Source of the DNA: an uncultured Candidatus Rokubacteria bacterium
GTDB taxonomy: Bacteria > Methylomirabilota > Methylomirabilia > Rokubacteriales > CSP1-6
Reading direction: 5' to 3'
NCBI GenBank assembly: GCA_963758635.1
Contig: CAVWWD010000004.1
Coordinates: forward strand, 160,001 to 224,000
DNA: 64,000 nucleotides
In this document: piece after piece, positions 19,540 to 28,871 of the stretch
Layout of the letters: the number at the start of each line of letters is the position of its first letter
Numbering within the stretch: the stretch's first letter is position 1
The notes under the pieces: generated by a model
What the model saw: only the letters and a program-made list of their open reading frames with translations
What the model was told of the DNA's origin: nothing
Database searches by the model: none
Translations under genes and position numbers: made by a program

Positions 19540-20544
19540 ATGGGGCTCAGGCTCGCCCGCAGCAGCATCGTCGCGATCGCCCTCCTTGGGCTGCTCAGCC
19601 CGGTTGCGGCTGAGGCCCAGCAGGCAGCCAAGGTCGCTCGAATAGGCTACCTGGGCGACACCCCAGCCGCGGCCCCCCACTTGCGAGATGCCTTCCTCCA
19701 AGGTCTGCGTGATCTCGGCTACGTCGAGGGTCGCAACGTCGTGATCGAGTACCGATTTGCGGAGGGGAAGGCCGAACGGCTCCCCGCTCTCGCGGCCGAA
19801 CTGGTTGCGCTCAAAGTTGATGTCATCGTGGCCTCAGGAGGCACGCCCGGCGCCCTAGCTGCCAAGCAAGCGAGCAGCGTCCTCCCGATCGTCTTCCTCG
19901 GTGTTGGCGATCCGGTTACGAGCGGGCTCGTCACCAGCCTTGCGCGGCCGGGCGGAAATGTCACGGGGGTGACCAACGGCACCGTAGAACTGATCGGCAA
20001 GTGTCTGGAACTGCTCAAACAGGCCGTTCCTGGGATCAGTCGTGTCGCGGTCCTCCACGATCCAAATTCCTCCGACGAACACTCGAAGAAAGCCGTGCTG
20101 AAGAAGGCAGAACTTGCCGGTAAAGCGCTGGGGGTGCAGCTTCAATTCGTTGAGGCACGAGCTCCTGCCGATTTCGACGGGGCCCTCTCAAAAATGACCA
20201 GCGCTCGTGCGGCTGCTCTGACTGTGTTGACTAGCCGCATGTTCTTCAGTGAGCGCAGACGCCTCGTGGACGTGGTGGCAAAGAACCGCTTGCCGGCGGT
20301 GTACGGACTGAGGGAGTTTGTCGATGCCGGGGGCCTCATGACCTATGCGGCCGACTTTGCTGGTGTGTATCGGCGCGCCGCCACCTACGTGGACAAGATC
20401 CTCAGGGGCGCCACGCCCGCCGACCTGCCTGTTGAGGAGCCGACGAAGTTCGAGTTGGTCATCAACATCAAAGCGGTCAAGGCCCTCGGCCTGACGATCC
20501 CGCAGTCGGTGCTGGCACGGGCGGACCAGGTCGTCGAGAAATGA
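19540..20544 (+). CDS. ABC transporter substrate-binding protein (ABC_sub_bind family)
   Basis: GLRDLGYVEGRN...SLARPGGNVTG...PTKFELVIN; more A/T-ending codons than the flanking genes. Confidence 0.9.
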   Translation: MGLRLARSSIVAIALLGLLSPVAAEAQQAAKVARIGYLGDTPAAAPHLRDAFLQGLRDLGYVEGRNVVIEYRFAEGKAERLPALAAELVALKVDVIVASGGTPGALAAKQASSVLPIVFLGVGDPVTSGLVTSLARPGGNVTGVTNGTVELIGKCLELLKQAVPGISRVAVLHDPNSSDEHSKKAVLKKAELAGKALGVQLQFVEARAPADFDGALSKMTSARAAALTVLTSRMFFSERRRLVDVVAKNRLPAVYGLREFVDAGGLMTYAADFAGVYRRAATYVDKILRGATPADLPVEEPTKFELVINIKAVKALGLTIPQSVLARADQVVEK

Positions 20545-20566
20545 GGAAGTCGCGTGACGGCTCGAA

Positions 20567-20635
20567 CCCTGACTTCAGCTTTCAGCGGACGGCACCTCGC
20601 GTTGCTCGGCGCCGCCGCTGAAGCTGGCGTTCCGC
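20567..20635 (+). mobile_element. Degenerate integron attC site
   Basis: ccctGAC-N5-CTTTCAGC...GCTGAAG-N5-GTTccgc; arms CAGCTT(T)CAGCGG(A)CGGCACC / GGCGCCGCCGCTGAAGCTG with two extrahelical bases. Confidence 0.65.
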
Positions 20636-20795
20636 GGCACATCTCCGCGGTCCCGCCGCAGGTGCGGAGGCACGATGCCGCATGCTTGGGCTGGAGTGCC
20701 GATCGACGCCAGATCATAATGGCCGCCGATGCCCTTCGAGATCGTCGGCGAGATCACGCGGGTCGAGACGGCATAGCTTTGACGCGCACGAGTTC

Positions 20796-20866
20796 GCCGT
20801 TGAGCCGACCGCGGGCTCGCCTCCGTTCGCCGCACTGTGGGAGCAACGGCCGGGCAACGTGAGCGT
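20796..20866 (+). mobile_element. Second, more degenerate attC-like site
   Basis: GCCGTTGAGCCGACCGCGGG...CCGC...CAACGGC...ACGTGAGCG imperfect palindrome just before hicA. Confidence 0.4.
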
Positions 20867-20904
20867 TGACGCGCACTGACGACCGGACGGATTGACGCGT
20901 AGGC

Positions 20905-21102
20905 GTGCCGCCCAAGATCCGAGAATTGATAGCCGATCTGCAAGCAGCTGGCTTTGTTGATCGGGGAGGCAAGGGCAGCCATCGAAACTTCGTTCACCCG
21001 AAGGTCTCGCGGCCAGTAACAATATCAGGGTCGCCGGGCGACGACGCCAAGCACTACCAGGTGCGTGCCGTTCAGCTGGCCATCGAGGAGGCGAAGAAAT
21101 GA
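20905..21102 (+). CDS. hicA: HicA family toxin
   Basis: 65 aa with GGKGSHRNFVHP motif. Confidence 0.9.
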   Translation: MPPKIRELIADLQAAGFVDRGGKGSHRNFVHPKVSRPVTISGSPGDDAKHYQVRAVQLAIEEAKK

Positions 21103-21338
21103 AGGACACCGCTCGATACGTGAAGATCGTGGAATGGTCCGAGGAGGATCACTGCTATGTCGGCAGTTCGCCTGGGCTGATCTATGGGGGCTGTCACGGC
21201 GAGGATGAGAAGGCGGTGTTCGACGAGCTGTGCCGGATCGTCGAAGACGCCGTGGATCTCTACCGCCGCGAGGGGAGGCCCCTGCCCGCCCCAACGTCTG
21301 GTCGTGACTTCGCCAACAAGATGCAGCATGTCGCATGA
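21099..21338 (+). CDS. hicB: HicB family antitoxin
   Basis: YVKIVEWSEEDHCYVG...GRPLPAP; ATGA overlap with hicA. Confidence 0.88.
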   Translation: MKDTARYVKIVEWSEEDHCYVGSSPGLIYGGCHGEDEKAVFDELCRIVEDAVDLYRREGRPLPAPTSGRDFANKMQHVA

Positions 21339-21372
21339 CGCGCGAGTGTAGCGGACGCGCTTCGCGTGCCGC
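21333..21372 (+). mobile_element. Left half of an attC-like site overlapping the hicB stop
   Basis: GCATGAC-N5-AGTGTAGCGGACGCGCTTCGCGTGCCGC; right arm lost. Confidence 0.45.
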
Positions 21373-21499
21373 CCGCGCGGATTGACTTCTCCGCGCCAGG
21401 GGCCTAGCGTACCGGGCGAGGATGCGACGCCACGCGCATCCGGCGGCGCCTGGTACGGTGCGACGGGGCGCGCGGACACACGCGAGAGGGGGACACGCC

Positions 21500-22324
21500 A
21501 TGGCCACGATCGAGATCGAAAGGCTCACGCCCCACATCGGCGCGGTGATTCACGGGGTGGACCTCGCGCGGCCCCTCGACGCCGACACGTTCCACGCCGT
21601 GCACGACGCCCTCATGGACAACCTGGTGGTCTTCTTCCGCGACCAGCGCATCACCGTGGACCAGCAGAAGGAGTTCGGGCGCCGGTTCGGGGAGCTGCAC
21701 ATCCATCCCGCAGCGCCCGGCGTGCTCGAGGGCCATCCGGAGATCCTCGTCATCCACGCCGACGAGAAGTCCAAGCGCGTGGCCGGCGAGGACTGGCACT
21801 CCGACGTGTCGTGCGATCCCGAGCCGCCGATGGGCAGCATCCTCCACATGGAGGAGCTGCCGCCGGTGGGCGGCGACACGCTGTTCGCGAGCATGTACGC
21901 GGCCTACGAGACGCTCTCCGAGGAGATGCAGCGCTTCCTGTGCGGGTTCACCGCGATCCACGACGGCGAGCACGTGTACCGCGGGCGCTACGGGTTCGAC
22001 GACACCGGGCGCACGTACCCGCGCGCCGAGCACCCGGTGATCCGCACGCACCCGGTAACGGGCCGGCGCGCGCTGTTCGTCAACCGCGGGTTCACGACGC
22101 GCATCGTCCAGCTCAAGCGAGCGGAGTCGGACGCCCTCCTCCAGTTCCTCTACCGTCACGTCGAGACGCCGGAGCTCCACTGCCGGTTCCGGTGGGCGCG
22201 CCACTCGATCGCCTTCTGGGACAACCGCTGCGTCCAGCACCACGCCATGTGGGACTACTACCCGCAGCGCCGGCACGGCCACCGGGTGACCATCCGGGGC
22301 GACAAGCCGTTCTTCCGCGCATGA
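21500..22324 (+). CDS. tauD: TauD/TfdA family 2-oxoglutarate dioxygenase
   Basis: WHSDVS, GGDTLF, HPVIRTHP and WDNRCVQH motifs. Confidence 0.9.
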   Translation: MATIEIERLTPHIGAVIHGVDLARPLDADTFHAVHDALMDNLVVFFRDQRITVDQQKEFGRRFGELHIHPAAPGVLEGHPEILVIHADEKSKRVAGEDWHSDVSCDPEPPMGSILHMEELPPVGGDTLFASMYAAYETLSEEMQRFLCGFTAIHDGEHVYRGRYGFDDTGRTYPRAEHPVIRTHPVTGRRALFVNRGFTTRIVQLKRAESDALLQFLYRHVETPELHCRFRWARHSIAFWDNRCVQHHAMWDYYPQRRHGHRVTIRGDKPFFRA

Positions 22325-22480
22325 CCGCGCGCCCGCCGCGCGGGCGGCGGAACCAAAGTTAGTGAGCCCGGTACTCTAGCGCGGGCGGACGAGGTGCAGG
22401 GTGGGCAGTGCGGGATCGCGGGCAGCGAGGACGTGCCTATGTCGCCCATGGGTACGGACGCCAACTGCGCGCCGGTCGGG

Positions 22481-24766
22481 TTATCTCGAGGCGAAGACTA
22501 CTGGAGCGTCGGAGATCTGCGAAAGGTCGAGCTCCAGCTTTGTGAGCGTCTCAATGACAATCGCACCGACCGTGAACGCTCCCCACGCTTCTAGTTTCAG
22601 GATCGCGGGGCCATGCGCGGCGGCGACGCGGCGGATTGGCGGGTTGAACGTCGGGTGCAGATGAAATTCCACCTCACCAACGTCCCCACCGGGCGGCATC
22701 AGGCGCTCCACGCGGAGCTCGACTTCGAACCAGTCGTTGCGGAGCGTCGTGACAGTCCCGGTCAGGGTAAAGCCGTCTTGTTGTCTTTGCCCTCCAAACT
22801 GACCTTGATGAGGATCGTCGGGATTGGTCCTGGGCAGGGGACCGCTCGGCCGGTAGGCGCTGTCCCGAAGAAACGCGATCAGCCGCGCAACGTCGTCCTC
22901 GGAGAGGGCGGCGCCGGGCACGCCACTGAACGCGAAGCCCTGTAGATTCCGCAGCGGCATCAAGGCCCCACCGTGTGACTCCACATCGCCCCAGGAAGTA
23001 CCGGGGAGCAGGATCGGTACCACCCGCAACCCGCGCGCGGCGACGTAGGCGGCCTCCCGCACGCTGTGGGTGCCTGTCATGTAGTTGGGGCTGAGCAGGA
23101 TGAGGATCGCCTGAGCGCGGTTCATGGCCGCCGACAGCGTCTGCGCCCACGCATCGCCCGCCTTCAGGAGGCCACGATCCCAGAGAACAGCTTCGGCGCC
23201 GAAGTTGTCCCGCAGGGCCGCCGCTAACGTCGCCGCATGCTCCACGTCACGGTGACTGTAGCTCAGGTAGAAGGGTCCCACCTCGGCGTAGGGGCTGACG
23301 GCGATGCGGCGACGCTCCTCGTCAATGTCCCCGAGCAACGTCACCGTGCGGTCCGTGAGATAGCTCGTTAGCTGCTCGAACGCCTGTAGCAGCGACCCCG
23401 TCTGCTGTCGTCGTTCGGCCAGCACGGCGAGGACCTCCTCGTAGGCGAAGTACGGCTGGTACAGCACCTCGACTGATCCCCAGTACTCGTGCCGGTCTTT
23501 CGCGGCCAGATGGTGCAGGAACTTCTGGAAGCGGGTGCGCATCTCGGCGCGGGCACGCTCCAGCCGGTCGCGCTCGGCCAGCTCCACCCGTGTCGGTACC
23601 GGCCACACTCGGATGCCCGGCGCACGGGCGGGCGTGAATCGCTGCTGGAAGGCCGACTCGGCGATGGCCGATGCCCCCTTGATGCTCTGCCCGTTGAGTG
23701 TGAAGCACACCACGAGGTCGTCGGGCATCTGGATCGTGCAGATCCCCGAGGCGTCGGAGATCCCGGTGCGACTGTCGATGAGGATGTAGTCGTACTCGGC
23801 CCGGAGGTTCCTTTTGACCGCCTCCAGGAAGACCCCGCCGCCGAGCTTTTCGTGGAACTCCCCCCAGTTGAATGTCGTCACGCTGATCCCGTACGACGGC
23901 CCCTGGCGGCCTGCCGGCACGAAGTCCACTGTCCCCGTGCCCAAAAAGTCCCAGTTGAGCGAGCTGGCGTATCGCGTCAGGTGAGCGTACGACTCGAACC
24001 AACCCTTCGAAGTCGAAGCCGAGTGGGTCCGGGCGCCTTCCACGAAGTCGTTGAGGAAGTCGATCAAGCCCGGGCTGTTCACGATCTCCTTGTCTTCGAT
24101 GAACGGGGCAAAGTAACGGTGCAATCCGGGCGCCTCGAGGTCCCAGTCGATCGTGAGCACACGCTTGCCCCGGGTGGCGAGGATCCAGGCCACGTTGGCC
24201 AGTGCCATCGTGCGCCCTGTTCCTCCCTTGTAGGAATAGAAGGTGATGATGCGGCCCGGTACGGACTCGGGGCTGGCAGAGCGGGTCTCGTGGCTCGCCT
24301 GCCAGTTGTAGACGGCGGACTGGACGCTAGCCGCGAGCAGCTCGGGTGTCGACCAGTCGAGCCCGACGACGTGCTCGTCCTGCACTCGCGCGCGAAACGC
24401 GTCTTGCTTGGCGAGGGCCATGTCTTGCCTGAGGAGGGTGATCGGTACCAATAGGTCGTCGGGGGCGACGAAGATCAGCGTGGCCCGTCCTGCGGCAGCG
24501 GCCGCCTCGTATTCCTGCTCGGCGATCGACTTGACGTCCCCGGGGGGGATGGAGCCGTACAGATGGCCGAGCAGGCCTATGAAGAGATCGCACGTCCGCG
24601 CCTCTTGGAGGGAGACCTCCTTCGGAGGGGTAGGGTCGGCGCCGAGGTACTCCATTGCGCTCAGCGTCACGTTGTCGATGCGGCTCAGTTGCTTGATTAC
24701 CTCGGCGCGGTATGCCGTGATGTCGCTGGTGGTCGAGGCGACGAAGATCTTCATCCTCGATATCAT
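22481..24766 (-). CDS. Multidomain DUF4062 - ParA/MinD-like ATPase (KGGxGR variant) - TIR - prokaryotic YEATS-like protein
   Basis: KIFVAST...FIGLLGHLYGS...EQEY; FYSYKGGTGRT...DWDLEAPGLH...DSRTG; FYLSYSHRD...LSPNY; FHLHPTF...AWGAFTVGA. Confidence 0.8.
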   Translation of the reverse strand: MISRMKIFVASTTSDITAYRAEVIKQLSRIDNVTLSAMEYLGADPTPPKEVSLQEARTCDLFIGLLGHLYGSIPPGDVKSIAEQEYEAAAAAGRATLIFVAPDDLLVPITLLRQDMALAKQDAFRARVQDEHVVGLDWSTPELLAASVQSAVYNWQASHETRSASPESVPGRIITFYSYKGGTGRTMALANVAWILATRGKRVLTIDWDLEAPGLHRYFAPFIEDKEIVNSPGLIDFLNDFVEGARTHSASTSKGWFESYAHLTRYASSLNWDFLGTGTVDFVPAGRQGPSYGISVTTFNWGEFHEKLGGGVFLEAVKRNLRAEYDYILIDSRTGISDASGICTIQMPDDLVVCFTLNGQSIKGASAIAESAFQQRFTPARAPGIRVWPVPTRVELAERDRLERARAEMRTRFQKFLHHLAAKDRHEYWGSVEVLYQPYFAYEEVLAVLAERRQQTGSLLQAFEQLTSYLTDRTVTLLGDIDEERRRIAVSPYAEVGPFYLSYSHRDVEHAATLAAALRDNFGAEAVLWDRGLLKAGDAWAQTLSAAMNRAQAILILLSPNYMTGTHSVREAAYVAARGLRVVPILLPGTSWGDVESHGGALMPLRNLQGFAFSGVPGAALSEDDVARLIAFLRDSAYRPSGPLPRTNPDDPHQGQFGGQRQQDGFTLTGTVTTLRNDWFEVELRVERLMPPGGDVGEVEFHLHPTFNPPIRRVAAAHGPAILKLEAWGAFTVGAIVIETLTKLELDLSQISDAPVVFASR

Positions 24767-25954
24767 CCTCCGGTCGCCGAGAGCACGAGTCGCGCGCCGA
24801 GCTTGATGCCGCGCGCGTTGGCGCCGGCCTCAAGATCCGGCTGCACCGCGCGCGCCGCCGGATCGGCCGCCACGAGATCCTTCCGGACACTGTGCAGTCG
24901 CTTTTCGAGCCCGACCGAGAAGGATGCTGGGTCGGTGGCCACGACGCAACCTGTGGCCCCCACCCCTGTGCTCCACGGAGCAAGACGCTGCGCAGCGACG
25001 GCCCGAAGCTGTGCGGCGGCGTCGGCGGCGGTGGGCACGGCGGCACCGAACACAAGGGCTGTCCCCGACGCGTTGAGGGCGCCGGCGATCGATGCCACTA
25101 GTGCTGCGTTGTTCGGAGACTCGAGCGACGCGCGATCGGCGATGAGCACGGGCATCTCTCGCGCTGCGATGGATTTCTTGATCTCGTCCCCTGCGGTAGC
25201 GGAGAGCTTCGTCTCCCGAAACAGCAGCGTGGAGCGGTTGGCCACCTCTTCGATCATCGTGTACAGCGACGCGCTTCCAGCTCCAAACGGTAGCGCACGC
25301 TCGTTCGGCGCCGCGAGGATCATGACTGAGGCCCCGTAGCGTACGGGTGTAGTCGTGCCGTGGAACGCGCTGGCCACGGCGTCGAAGGATGCGATGGGCG
25401 CGCCATCGGGAAGCTGAATTGCGGTCACGGTGGCCGCGATCTGTTTTGCAAGCTCGATCAGCACGGTGTTATATGCGTCGGCGCGGGACTTGAGCAAGGC
25501 GAGCGCGTAGAGCCCGTCTGAGACATATTTGGCGGGCAGCCTGACGTTGCTCCACTGATACGGCTGGAGGACCTGTGGGCACTTCCTCGTCCTTGAAGGG
25601 CACCCAGATGACCGGGATGATCGCCTTCGCCTGCCTGCCGGCGTTCGCCGGCACCTGATTCCACGACTGGACGCGCTGCAGGAAGACTTGCACCTCGCGT
25701 CCGCTGTACTCGCTGGTGAAGTAGGGAACGCTGTAGAAGCAGACGCAAACCTTGCAGAGCCGCGACGCATCAGCGAGCCTCGTCATCCACTCGTCGCTGT
25801 TCTCGATGCTCTGGGCGTCGAAGAAGATGATGTCCTCGGGCTTCGTTCCGTGGGGGAGATGCGCGGGCAGCATTTTCTCGAGTCGCTGGACGAACTTCGC
25901 CAGGCGACCGTCGAGGTTGCTGTTTCTGGCGTAAGAGATGAAGCAGAGTTTCAT
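24763..25954 (-). CDS. FxsC-like TIR domain protein (frameshift near 25575)
   Basis: CFISYAR...FFDAQSI...YFTSEYSGREVQVF...IIPVIWVP continues in a second frame; 4-nt overlap with the downstream gene. Confidence 0.75.
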
Positions 25955-26216
25955 GTCGGCCCCCGGCGGGTCTCCGTCCCTCGGCAGGGAGGGCGTCTCA
26001 TACACTGATCGGCGTGGGATGGACGCGAGACTCACGCAAGAATTGATACGCTGATCGGCGCTGCGGCGTCAGTAGTGGTGAAGAAGGGGAGACTCGGATC
26101 TCCTCACCGTTGCCCGGCACATGACCCTGAATCATGCGCGTGTCTGCCAATTCCGCCACTTCGGCGCAGGAGCTCCACTAGGATACTGACGAGGTGTGTG
26201 AAGTCAAGGGGAGCCG

Positions 26217-26329
26217 ATGCCATCCGAGAATATCGTCGCCACCGATTGCCCGGCCCAGCATCTCTTGATGTCTTCCAGACCTACGAGGCGGGACTTGTCG
26301 TCCCGGGAACCGAGGTGAAGTCGCTGCGC
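26217..26329 (+). pseudogene. smpB: Decayed 5' fragment of smpB
   Basis: RBS plus MPSENIVAT...AQH / DVFQTYEAGLVVPGTEVKSLR resembles the SmpB N-terminus (EAGxxLxGxEVKSLR). Confidence 0.65.
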
Positions 26330-26586
26330 TGGCGTCCAGGAGCGGACGCGGTCCGCGTCGTGGAGAACGCCGCGCGTGGGACGATATTCCACCGGTGTGG
26401 CCGGACGCCTCAACGCGGCCTTGGAACCAAGTGCGGGGCCGCTTCTTCCCCGCGTGCTACGTGGGATCCCGCGCAGAAGCCGGCAGGGCGGCGTCCCGAC
26501 TTTCCACATCACGCAGGGCACTACTGCGGAACGAGCCTCGGCCTGTGTATCCTGGGCCACCGCACTCTCGGCCCGCGGATCGCCGG

Positions 26587-26796
26587 ATGGTGAAGGAGAT
26601 CTGGCTGACCGCGGCCGGGTTCGTCCTCGGCTGGCTCACCAGCAAGACCTGGAGCGACCCGGGCTGCCAGGTCGGCCTCGCCATCTTCCTCGTCGTGACC
26701 GCCGTCCTCGTGCTGGTGTTCGCGGTCGCCGTCACCGCGCCGCGCAAGCAAGACGGCGATGGCGACGACGAACCCAAGGACAAGGACGCCTCGTGA
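26587..26796 (+). CDS. Small membrane protein
   Basis: Two hydrophobic segments and an acidic tail; GTGA overlap with the next gene. Confidence 0.6.
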   Translation: MVKEIWLTAAGFVLGWLTSKTWSDPGCQVGLAIFLVVTAVLVLVFAVAVTAPRKQDGDGDDEPKDKDAS

Positions 26797-27428
26797 CGCG
26801 CGCTCCCCGCGCCGCCCCGCCGTGGACGCCGGGCGAGCTGCGCCGGCTCCGCGCGCTCCGCTCGCCGTGGGGCATCCAGCGCGCGCTCGACGCGATGCCC
26901 TACCACCTGGCCTCCACCGCGTGGTCGCCGCGCCGCGTGCTGCGCGAGGGCACCGCGCACTGCCTGGAGGGCGCCATCTTCGCCGCCGCGGCGCTCCGCG
27001 TGCTGGGCTTCCCGCCGCTGCTCATCGACCTGGAGGCGGTGCAGGACACCGACCACGTGCTCGCGGTGTTCCGCGTCGGCGGCCACTGGGGCGCCATCGG
27101 CAAGTCGAACTTCTCGGGGCTCCGCTTCCGGCCGCCCGTGCATCGCACGCTGCGCGAGCTGGCCATGAGCTACTTCGAGAGCTACATCAACCTGCGCGGC
27201 GACCGGACCCTGCGCGCGTTCTCGCGCCCCGTGCACCTGGGCCGCTTCGACCGGACGCACCCGGGCTGGACGGTCACCGAGGGCGACCTCTGGTTCATCC
27301 CCGAGCACCTGGTGGGGCTGCCCCACACGCCGCTCGTCACGCCCGCGATGGTGCGAGCCCTCACCCGGGTCGATGGGCGCTCGCTCCGCGCCGGCGTCGT
27401 CGGCTACCGGGCGCCGGCCGGATCCTGA
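26793..27428 (+). CDS. Conserved protein with a putative transglutaminase-like Cys-His core
   Basis: AHCLEGA...DTDHVLAVF...WGAIGKSN. Confidence 0.7.
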   Translation: MTRAPRAAPPWTPGELRRLRALRSPWGIQRALDAMPYHLASTAWSPRRVLREGTAHCLEGAIFAAAALRVLGFPPLLIDLEAVQDTDHVLAVFRVGGHWGAIGKSNFSGLRFRPPVHRTLRELAMSYFESYINLRGDRTLRAFSRPVHLGRFDRTHPGWTVTEGDLWFIPEHLVGLPHTPLVTPAMVRALTRVDGRSLRAGVVGYRAPAGS

Positions 27429-27457
27429 TCGGCTACAATCGCGCGAGGAGGCGGCGC

Positions 27458-28141
27458 ATGGACGGCGTGCACGACGTCGGCGGCATGCACGGGTTCGGGC
27501 CCGTGGAGCGCGAGCAGGACGAGCCGGTCTTCCACGGCGCGTGGGAGGCCGCGGTCGTGGCCATGATGCGCGCCGGCGGGCGCCGCGGCGTCTACAACAT
27601 CGACGAGTTCCGCCACGGCATCGAGCGAATGGATCCCGCGCACTACCTGGCCTCGAGCTACTACGAGCACTGGCTCGACGGCATCACCCGCATCTTCCTG
27701 GAGAAGGGCGTCGTCGGCGCCGAGGAGCTGGCGGCCCGGACGGAGTTCTTCCGGGCCCGGCCCGAGCTGCCCGCCGCCGCGGCCCTGTCGGGGCCGCCTC
27801 CCCCTCGCGTCCCCCACGCCGAGTGGGTCCAGAGCGCGGTGCGCGAGGGCCAGGGGACGCCGCGCTTCGCCCCCGGCGACGCCGTCGTCACGCGGAACTT
27901 CCATCCCACGGGCCACACGCGGCTGCCGCGCTACGCGCGAGGCAAGCGCGGCGTCATCCACGTGGTGCACGGCACCCACGTGTTCCCCGACACCAACGCC
28001 CACGGCCTCGGCGAGGCGCCGCAGCCGCTCTACAGCGTGCGCTTCGAGGCCCGCGAGCTCTGGGGCGAGTCGGCGGAGCCGAACCAGCGCGTCCACCTCG
28101 ATCTCTGGGAGGCCTACCTCCTGCCCGGGAAGAGCTCGTGA
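27458..28141 (+). CDS. nthB: Nitrile hydratase beta subunit
   Basis: MDGVHDVGGMHGFG, YYEHWL, GHTRLPRYARGKRG and DLWEAYL motifs. Confidence 0.95.
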   Translation: MDGVHDVGGMHGFGPVEREQDEPVFHGAWEAAVVAMMRAGGRRGVYNIDEFRHGIERMDPAHYLASSYYEHWLDGITRIFLEKGVVGAEELAARTEFFRARPELPAAAALSGPPPPRVPHAEWVQSAVREGQGTPRFAPGDAVVTRNFHPTGHTRLPRYARGKRGVIHVVHGTHVFPDTNAHGLGEAPQPLYSVRFEARELWGESAEPNQRVHLDLWEAYLLPGKSS

Positions 28142-28248
28142 ATGAATGGCGAGGCGGCCCCACGTGTGTACGCAGAATCGCGGTGTTGGCGCGCACGGCG
28201 AAGTCGAAATCCGCAATCCTTCACAACCCGGTGAGGTGAGCGAGGGCC

Positions 28249-28857
28249 ATGGGCAAGAACCATCCGAACGTCGATCCCTACGTCGTCTCGCGGGTGCGCG
28301 CGCTCGAGTCGCTCCTGCTGGAGAAGGGCATCCTGTCGCCGGAGGCCGTCGACCGGGTGATCCAGCGCTACGAGGCCGACACCGGCCCGATGATCGGCGC
28401 GCGCGCCACCGCACGCGCGTGGACCGACCCCGCGTACAAGGAGCGCCTGCTCACCCGGACGCGGGAGGCCCTGGCCGAGCTCGGCCTGCAGGGGTACGAG
28501 GTGCTGGTGGTCGTCGAGAACACGCCGGCCGTGCACAACATGGTCGTGTGCACGCTCTGCTCGTGCTACCCGTGGCCGGTGCTGGGCCTGCCCCCCACCT
28601 GGTACAAGATGCCCGCGTACCGCTCGCGCGCCGTGATCGAGCCGCGGAAGGTGCTGGCCGAGTTCGGCGTGGACGTCCCCTCGGCGCGCGAGGTGCGCGT
28701 GTGGGACAGCAGCGCGGAGATGCGCTACATGGTCCTGCCGCGGCGCCCGGCGGGGACGGAGGGGCTCGGCGAGGCCGAGCTGGTGCCGCTCGTGACCCGC
28801 GACGCGCTGATCGGCGTGGCCGAGGTCGAGGCCCCGTCCGCGCGCGTCGCGCCCTGA
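28249..28857 (+). CDS. nthA: Nitrile hydratase alpha subunit, cobalt type
   Basis: [10 protein letters not shown] cobalt-type metal motif. Confidence 0.95.
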   Translation: MGKNHPNVDPYVVSRVRALESLLLEKGILSPEAVDRVIQRYEADTGPMIGARATARAWTDPAYKERLLTRTREALAELGLQGYEVLVVVENTPAVHNMVVCTLCSCYPWPVLGLPPTWYKMPAYRSRAVIEPRKVLAEFGVDVPSAREVRVWDSSAEMRYMVLPRRPAGTEGLGEAELVPLVTRDALIGVAEVEAPSARVAP

Positions 28858-28871
28858 CCGCGACGGCATCC

